DNA from: Prorocentrum cordatum
Taxonomy: Eukaryota
NCBI GenBank assembly: GCA_963575745.1
Contig: CAUYUJ010000055.1
Span: 1 to 64,000, forward strand
DNA: 64,000 nucleotides
Direction of reading: 5' to 3'
Positions 56,666-64,000 of the stretch are shown piece after piece. Both the position numbers and the translations under genes were made by a program. Within the stretch, counting starts at the first letter, position 1. The number at the start of each line of letters is the position of its first letter. Below the pieces are notes generated by a model, which was not told the origin of the DNA, did not search any database, and saw only the letters and a list, made by a program, of their open reading frames with translations.

Positions 56666-56877
56666 CCGAGAGAAGTTTCCCCCGCCCCCCCCGAAGACAC
56701 AGAGAACGCTTCTGCACCCCCTCGGCAGGCGCGCGGGCCCCTGAGAGAAGCCCCCGCCGCCCTCCGAGAGAGGGCCTCCTCCTCCTCCCCCTCCTCCTCC
56801 TCCTCCTCCTCCTCCTCCTCCTCCTCCTCCTCCTCCTCCTCCTCCTGTTCGCTCGCCGCCGACGCGCCGCCGAAGGC

Positions 56878-57111
56878 CTTCTTCGCCTCCGACCATCCCC
56901 GCTCCCACTTGGCGTAGCCGTGCTGGCAGTCGAAGGGGGCCGTCGCCGCGGGGCGCGCGGGGTCCCGCGCCGGCCTCGGCGTCGACGAGGGCACGTGGGC
57001 CTTGGGCACGAAGGCCGTGCGGCCCGGCGCGGCGCGGGCGCCGCCCAGGCTCCCCGCCCCCTTCAGGTAGCAGGCCGCCCCGTAGTACACGGCCACGGCG
57101 CACTGGGCGTC
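56878..57111 (-). CDS. Gene B exon: C-terminal half of PAN domain 1 (DAQCAVAVYYGAACYLKG), linker and start of Cys/Trp repeat 1 (PFDCQHGYAKWERGWSEAKK)
   Basis: AG|GAC acceptor, AAG|GC donor, 234 nt, phase 0/0. Splicing completes CCQKCAE-DAQC and WSEAKK-AWCC. Confidence 0.85.
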
Positions 57112-57190
57112 CTCCCTCGTGGGCGAAAGGCAGATCTCCTCCTCCTCCTCCTCCTCCTCCTCCTCCTCCTCCTCCTCCTCCTCCTCCTCC

Positions 57191-57332
57191 TCGGGCATGA
57201 CCCCCTGCAGGCGGACTTGGGACGAGAAATAAAAAACGAAGAGGTTCAAAAGCAGTCCAAAGAATACTCAAAAAATCGTCCCCTGACTGTTTTGTTGACC
57301 GCTCCTCCTGTAGAGGGCCATGCCAGACTTAA
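57191..57332 (+). mobile_element. MITE family 3 copy
   Basis: TCGGGCATGACCCC...GAGGGCCATGCCAGACTTAA. Confidence 0.75.
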
Positions 57333-57504
57333 TCCTGGACCCAGGCACGCTCGCGCCGCGAGAAAAAAGACACGGAGGGCGGTTTGGGACCTATTCTTCG
57401 GCCTCCGGGTGCCCCCGCTGGACGCCAGGACCGTCAAAAAAACAGCCCAGGCTGAAAAGCTGGCACTGGGGAAAGGGTCGTCGTTTTGGTGACGTGTTCG
57501 TGGT

Positions 57505-57612
<108 letters not shown>

Positions 57613-59859
57613 TTCGTCGTCGTCGCCGTCGTGGTCGTCGTTCGTCGGGCCGGGCCCTGGGCCTGGACCCCGCGATACGGGGCGTTTCCTCGCGGAATGC
57701 CCCGCGCGGAACGCCCAACCGTGCGACCGCGCATGGGAGGAGGAGGAGGAGGAGGAGGGGGAGGAGGAGGAGGAGGGAGGAGGAGGAGGAGGAGGAGGAG
57801 GAGGAGGAGGAGGAGGAGGAGGAGGTAGGAGGGGGAGGAGGAGGGGGGGAGGAGGAGGGGAGGGGGGAAGGAGGGGTAGGAGGAGGAGGAAACGGGAGGA
57901 GGAGGGGGAGGAGGGGAACGAGGGGTAGGAGGGGGAGGATGAGGAGGGGGAGGAGGGGAAGGAGGGGTAGGAGGAGGAGGAACGGGGAGGAGGAGGAGGA
58001 GGAGGAGGAGGAGGAGGAGGAGGAGGAGGAGGAGGGGGAGGAGGAGGAGGGGTAGGAGGAGGAGGAACGGGGAGGGGGAAGGCGCCGCTCGTTGACTCCA
58101 GGAGCAGGGGCGGGAAGCTGCGCGCCCGCACCGATCCTGGCCAGGCCGAGCCTGGGCTCGGCACCGGCGTGCCTGGCCGAAAGGGGCGTACCCGCCAGGC
58201 CTGCGCCCAGCACGGGCCTTCCCATGGTCGGCGTTGGTGTAGCCGCCTGCACCGATCGTTGAAGGGGCCCAGGGACACACACAAATAGATGGACATAAAC
58301 CCGTAGAGTCCCCACATTCGCCATATCTTCTGGATGGTTGTGTTCCCTGCACTCCCCGTAGTTTCCTGTTTTTCCTGGGAATCGAGGATTCGTTGTGTCT
58401 GTGTGTCCGTTTCCCTCCTGGGTCATGGCCACAACGCTCCTGGGCCCAGGATCAGCGCAGACGCATGCGCCCTCCCAGCAGGGCGTGCACACCAGTCCTG
58501 GACCGGTGCCAACCTCGGCCAGGATCGGTGCGGGTGGCCTCCTCCTCCTTTTCCTCCTCCTCCTCCTCCTCCTCCTCCTCCTCCTCTCTCCTCCATCCTC
58601 CTCCTCTCTCCCTCTCTCCTCTCCTCATCCCCCTCATTCCCCTCCTTCCCCTCCTCCTCACCCCTTACACGTCCTCCTCCCCCGCATCCTCCCTCCTTCT
58701 CCTCCTCCCCCTCCTCCTCCTCCTCCTCCTCCTCTCCTCCTCCTCCTCCTTTCTCTTCCACATCCTGCATCCTCTCTTCTTCCTCCTCCTCCTTTCCTCC
58801 TCATCCGCCTCCTCCTCCTCCTCCTCCTTCTTCCTCCCTCCTCCTCCTCCTCCTCCTCCTCCTCCCTCCTCCTCCTCCTCCTCCTCCTCCTCCTCCTCCT
58901 CCTCCTCCTCCTCCGTCCTCCGTCCTCCGTCATCCGTCATCCGTCATCCGTCATCCGTCCTCCGACAGGAGGAAGCTGGAGGAGGAGCAGCAGCAGCAGG
59001 GAAGAGGACGAGGGAGATGGAGGGTGGAGGAGGAGGGGGAGGAGGAGAAGGAGGAGGAGGAGGAGGAGGAGGGGGAGGAGAAGGAGGAGGAGGAGGAGGA
59101 GTGTCATGAGTGTCATAGATCCAACAAGCGAACGGCGAGCGAGGCTCAACCGTCACCCTCGGCCTCACAGACAGGAGGAAGGGGCCCGCAGGCGCCAGCA
59201 CCGACGGTCAGGGGAAAGGCAGATACCTCGTCGCTCAGCGACTCACTGCCCAACCGGCACGGGCTGGTGCGTAGGGGGACAGCCGGTTCACCGCGTCACC
59301 GCGCAGTACTTCCCGACCGTCACCCCTGCCGAATTGGATGGCATTGTGCAACTGGGTTTGCAACCAAGGGTGAGCGGACACAAGGCCCCAAGGGACTTAC
59401 GGACCACATGGCCCCGCCTCTCAACCAAATGCACACTCCCCGTGCCTGGTACCCATCTCCAGGTCACGGGCGCAGCTAACGCGCCGCTGCCACGGGCAAA
59501 GTGCCACGTGGCTGGTGCCAGAACGACGAAAGCCGGTCTATCTGCCCCCAGCCGCCGCATGCAATTGACACTGACAGTGTGCCCCGAGGAGTGTGTGGCG
59601 CTGACACCATGAGAACAGGTGCCAGGCCCCCACCCTCGGGGCAAGGAGGAGGAGGAGAAGGAGGAGGAGGAGGAAGAAGAGGAGTAAGAGGAGGGGGAGG
59701 AGGAGGAGGAGGAGGAGCAGGAGCAGGAGGAGGAGGAGCAGGAGCAGGAGGAGGAGAACGACGACGAGGCCGCCCCCTAGACCCTCGGACTCGGGGCGAA
59801 ACGCGTGATCATTGAACAAGCCCCGAAACGTTGAGAACAAGGATCCTCATAACAAAAAC

Positions 59860-59912
<53 letters not shown>

Positions 59913-60545
59913 GCACCCACCGGCTCTAGGCGCACCTCTGCAGCAGTCCGCCCCTGAGGGCACTGGAGGCCTCCGCCTGGAGAGGACCAGGAGCGCTCAG
60001 AAAAGTCGTTCCTCGATCCTCGAACCTGGAGGCACAAATGGATACCGATGCCGCTGATCCCTGGACCTCTCCCAGGGCGCCTTCTGACCAGGATCTCGAG
60101 GCGCTTCTGGCCGTGGCGACGAGCAGGAATCGAACGCTCCCACAGATCCACCTCCTTTCTCCTCCTCCTTGCTCATCTGACTGTTTCCTCCGCTGCTGGG
60201 GAAGGGAGGAGGGGCAGGAACGAGGTGGACGCATACGGTTGTCCTGTCCTCCTCCAACACGAGCAGAAGAGCCCAGAATCGAATCGAGAAGTCGGATCGG
60301 CGATTGAAATGAATCGGATCGGATGACATGGGCAGCCAAGTCGGGAGGAGTCCAATCGGAGGAAATCGGCAGAGGCCTCCATTGCTAAAGCAAAATCTAG
60401 ATCGGAACCCGAGGTCGAATCGAATCGGAATCGACATCGAATCGAATCGAATCGAGGAGGAGTCGAAATGAGCCATGATCGAGTGACGGGCAGCGCAATC
60501 GGTGCATGTCCTCTCCTCCTGTGAAAGCCTCGATCCCCGCGGATC

Positions 60546-60623
60546 CTCGGCGCACTTCTGGCAGCAGTCCGCCCCAGAGGGCACCCCGACAGAGCGCAGG
60601 TCGCCGCCCGGGTGGTCCGTGCC
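60546..60623 (-). CDS. Gene B exon: N-terminal half of PAN/apple-like domain 1 (GTDHPGGDLRSVGVPSGADCCQKCAE)
   Basis: AG|GGC acceptor, GAG|GA donor, 78 nt, phase 0/0. Aligns by eye with GTDYSGHDIANSQVESKDDCCSAC in the long exon. Confidence 0.8.
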
Positions 60624-60633
60624 CTCGCTGGTT

Positions 60634-62351
60634 CGGGGGACGTCAGCTGACCACCTCACCAATCGAGGCCGAGCCCATCCTTCGATAGGGGCTGAACGAC
60701 TTCTGCTGCCCATGGACTCGCGCCAGAATTTCCACGATACTCTCCAGACGTATCTGGATATCTCTGGATCTGCCTCGACAGATTCAGCTCTACATTGACT
60801 CGCATAGATTACCTCGACACAGATGGCGTGATCCCAACAGGTCGATTGGACAAGAGCCGTCAATCCCTATGGACCATGATCGGTGTGCCTCCCCAGAGAT
60901 GCGATTTGTTCAATCCGCGCTCCGAAGGTCTCGATCATCTGGTCCTGGGACCCGAAGGCGGCCCCAGGGGGCCGACAGGGGGAGAAACGCCCAGGAAAAA
61001 CAGCAGAAACTGGCAGAAACATCCTTCGATGGTCTGGGGGTCATGGGCCATGAACGACCCAGCTCACGTCGGCGAGTCTTGAGGAAGTACACAAAGGATA
61101 AACATCCGCGAAAACACGCACGAAAACGACGTGCCCAAGAGGCCCCCCAAAGACGGCTCCAAGAGAGGGCCCAGGCGGGGGGCCCGAGCGCCCATGTCGA
61201 GCCCTTCGCCCGAAGAGGGCCCCCAGGAGGCCCCCGGGAGGCCCCTGAGAAGCCCCTAGCAAGCCCCAAGAGGCCCCCAAGAGGCCCCGAGGAGGCCCCA
61301 GGAGGTCCCCCAAAAATACCGCCCAAAAAAGGCCCCCGAGAGGCCTCCCAAGAGGCGGCAGGAAGCCCACCAAAGAGGCGCACAGGGAACCGAGAGCCGT
61401 CAGACCGCGTGGGCCGGCGGAAGGAGCGGAGCGACTAAGTAAACATCTGCGGAGGCACGCACGAATTCCCGGGATGGGAGCTGGGCCGCCCCGATCTGGC
61501 CCCGATCCAGCGAGCCCGGGATGGGAAGGGGTCAATGCAAACAGGGGTCAGTCAGAGCGCCGGATCTTGCAGGATCCTGCAGGGCCAGGATGCATTGACC
61601 CGGGGTTGGGTGCAGAATCCTGCAGGATCCTGCAACGCCTGACTGACCCGGGTCTGGATTGACCCAGGTCTGGCAAGGCCCCTTCCCTCCCCCGCTCCGC
61701 GCGCCGGGGATGGGGGCTCTGGCCCCGATCCAGCGAGCCAGTGCGGACCTCAGAAACAGACCCTGTATTCGGCGGTGGGCGGACCTCCCTTTGGTAAACC
61801 ACCCTTTAGAGACAACGGCCTGGGACCGAAACCGACGGACCTGGACCCGCAAAAACGACGGCCACGACGCCCTCTCGCGAACCGAAAACGGCCAATTCGC
61901 TAATCGCATGACAGGGTAGGAGGCCTGTCCACCCCCAATGTATGTACAGTCGGACCTGCGTCAAAAGAACATTCCTCAAGAACATGAGACCCTCCGCCGG
62001 TCAACCCTCCCCGAATCGACCTCGATCTTACACCTCTATCCGACTGTAGTGGACGATTCTAGAGATGCGAGGTCGATCAATCGAGGGGAAGCCGCCTCCC
62101 TGGGGCATGCCCAAGGTACGGTCTCCTCCTCCTCCTCCTCCCTCCTCCTCCTCCTCCTCCTCCTCCTCCTCCTCCTCCTCCTGCTCCTCCTCCTCCTCCT
62201 CCTCCTCCTCCCTCCCTCCCTCCCTCCCTCCCTCCCTTCCCCCCTCCTCCCCCTCCCCCCCTCCCTCCCTCCCCCCCCCTCCCTCCCTCCCTCCCTCCCC
62301 CCCTCCCCTTCCCCTTCCCCCGCGAGAGATGTGGTCAGCCGACGTCCCCCG
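60634..62351. mobile_element. TIR-bounded 1.7-kb compound element that fills the first visible intron of gene B
   Basis: 21-bp inverted repeat CGGGGGACGTCAGCTGACCAC (60634-60654) versus 62331-62351 with 1 mismatch. Flanks CGCTGGTT / CGCTGGAG. Confidence 0.7.
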
Positions 62352-62352
62352 C

Positions 62353-62446
62353 GCTGGAGCGGCACTCCGCCGGGGCGGCGGCCGCGGCCCGCGGCGCCGG
62401 GGCCAGGGCGGCCCAGAGGAGCGGGCCCGCGCGGCGCGCGGCGGGC
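62353..62446 (-). CDS. Gene B, first visible exon: signal-peptide-like segment and first Cys of PAN domain 1 (PAARRAGPLLWAALAPAPRAAAAAPAECRSS). Start codon not located.
   Basis: AG|G acceptor at 62448-62447 and GC donor at 62352. It abuts the inverted repeat that bounds the next intron and supplies the Cys expected before GTD, as in CAFEEGTD of PAN domain 2. Confidence 0.6.
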
Positions 62447-62459
62447 CTCGGGGGGGATC

Positions 62460-62828
62460 GGAGGAGGGAAGGAAGGAGGGAAGGAGGGAAGGAGGGAAGG
62501 AGGGAAGGAGGGAGGAAGGAGGAAGGAGGGAAGGAGGGAAGGAGGAAGGAGGAGGAGGAAGGGGAGGAGGGAAGGAGGGAAGGGAAAAGGGAAGGGAGGA
62601 GGGAAAGAGGGAAGGAGGGAAGAGGGAAGGAGGGAAGGAGGAAGGAGGAAGGAAGGAAGGAGGGAAGGAAGGAGGGAAGGAAGGAGGGAAGGAAGGAGGG
62701 AAGGAAGGAGGAGGGATGGAAGGAAGGAGGGAAGGAAGGAGGGAAGAAAGGAGGGAAGGAGGGAAGGAGAAGGAGGAACGAGGAAGGAGGAAGGAGGGAA
62801 GAAGGGAGAAGGAAGGAGAAAGGAGAAG

Positions 62829-62860
<32 letters not shown>

Positions 62861-63595
62861 CAATGACGACGACGACGACGACAACGATAATAATAACAAA
62901 AAATACTAATAACAATAATAGTAATAATAATAATGAGAAGAAGAAGAAGAAGAAGAACTAATAATAATGATAATAATAATAGTAATAATAATAATAATCA
63001 TAATGATAAAAGTAATACTAATAAATGTAGTAGTAGTAATAATAATAATAATAATGATAATAATACGAATGATAATAATAGTCATAATACTAATACTAAT
63101 ACTGATAATAATAATAATAAGAATAATAGTAGTAATAATAATAATACGAAGAAGAATGAGAATACTAATAAAAATGATGATGATGATGATGATGACGGTG
63201 ATGGTGATGGTGATGGTGGTGATGATGATGATTATGATGATGGTGCTACTCATGATGATGATGAGGATGATGATGACGATGATGATGATGATGCTGATAC
63301 TCATGATGATGATGATGATGATAATGATGATGATGGTGATGGTGATGGTGATGATGATGATGGTGATGGTGGTGATGATGATGATGATGATGGTGATGGT
63401 GGTGACGATGATGATGACGATGATGATGACGATGATGACGGAGATTGCAAGATTGGTGGCAGTGATGATACTGATGATGGTGATGATGATGGTGACGGTG
63501 GTGATGATGAGGAGAAGGAGGAGGATGAGGGTGATGATGATGAGGATGATGATGATGCTGATGACGATGGTGGTGTTGGTGGTGGTGGTGATGGT
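62460..63595. repeat. (GGAA/GGAG), (AAT) and (GAT) compound microsatellite
   Basis: Direct. Confidence 0.95.
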
Positions 63596-63799
63596 TACGA
63601 CAAGGTCTCGTGGATCGGGACGGACGTATGGTCAGTCGCCTCTGTCTTGGAGGTCATTCAACGCGCCGTGCTGCGCACAACGGTCACAGTATGGTCGGAG
63701 GCATGTGAGCTTCTACAAGCAGGTTGAATGGTCTGAGGATAGACCCAGCACGGTCGGAAGCCTCACCCAGTAGGCCTGCCTGTAATTAAGCCTCCCGCA

Positions 63800-63990
63800 C
63801 TCCGAGTACTGTCGGAGCCTCGCCTGAGCAGGCAATACACGTCAGTGCGAGTACGGTCGGAGCCTCGTCTCAGCAGCAGGCAATACACGTCGGTCAGAGT
63901 ACGGTCGGAGCCTCGTCGCAACATCAGGCTGCACACATCAGTCCGACTGTCTCAGCAGCATGCTTTACATGTCAGCCCGAGTAAGACTGG
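63800..63990 (+). repeat. Degenerate ~45-48-bp tandem repeat (GAGTACGGTCGGAGCCTCG...CAGGCAATACACGTC)
   Basis: Three to four units visible. Confidence 0.7.
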
Positions 63991-64000
63991 AGGCCTGTCT

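Noticed and set aside
54656..57271. 871-aa single ORF taken as the protein
   Set aside because: It reads through a MITE intron, other repeats and (GGA)n. Only 56278-55433 and 55225-55018 are coding in this frame.

Overview
Eukaryotic, GC-rich, repeat-saturated genomic DNA. Tiny exons with AG|G junctions and GC/GA as well as GT donors, two genes on the same strand, giant degenerate triplet microsatellites and dense MITEs point to a dinoflagellate nuclear genome (Prorocentrum-like; inference). Almost all long ORFs in the supplied track are microsatellite artefacts. Two fragmented minus-strand genes were assembled by hand. Gene B (about 62.4-55.0 kb, start and 3' end unresolved) encodes a probable cell-surface protein with two PAN/apple-like domains, five Cys/Trp 'W-x-x-x-K-K-x-W-C-C' repeats and a C-terminal hydrophobic segment. 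Gene A has at least five 39-75 nt exons over 40 kb and an unassigned product. The rest is degenerate LINE reverse-transcriptase remnants, more than ten short interspersed repeat/MITE families, tandem arrays and a 100-N gap. The best leads are intron-generating (Introner-like) MITEs, including a family whose five copies all sit at AG|GN, recurrent 27-215 bp direct duplications around insertions, and a head-to-tail array of elements embedded in (CAA)n. Gene models have no transcript support and repeat boundaries are approximate.
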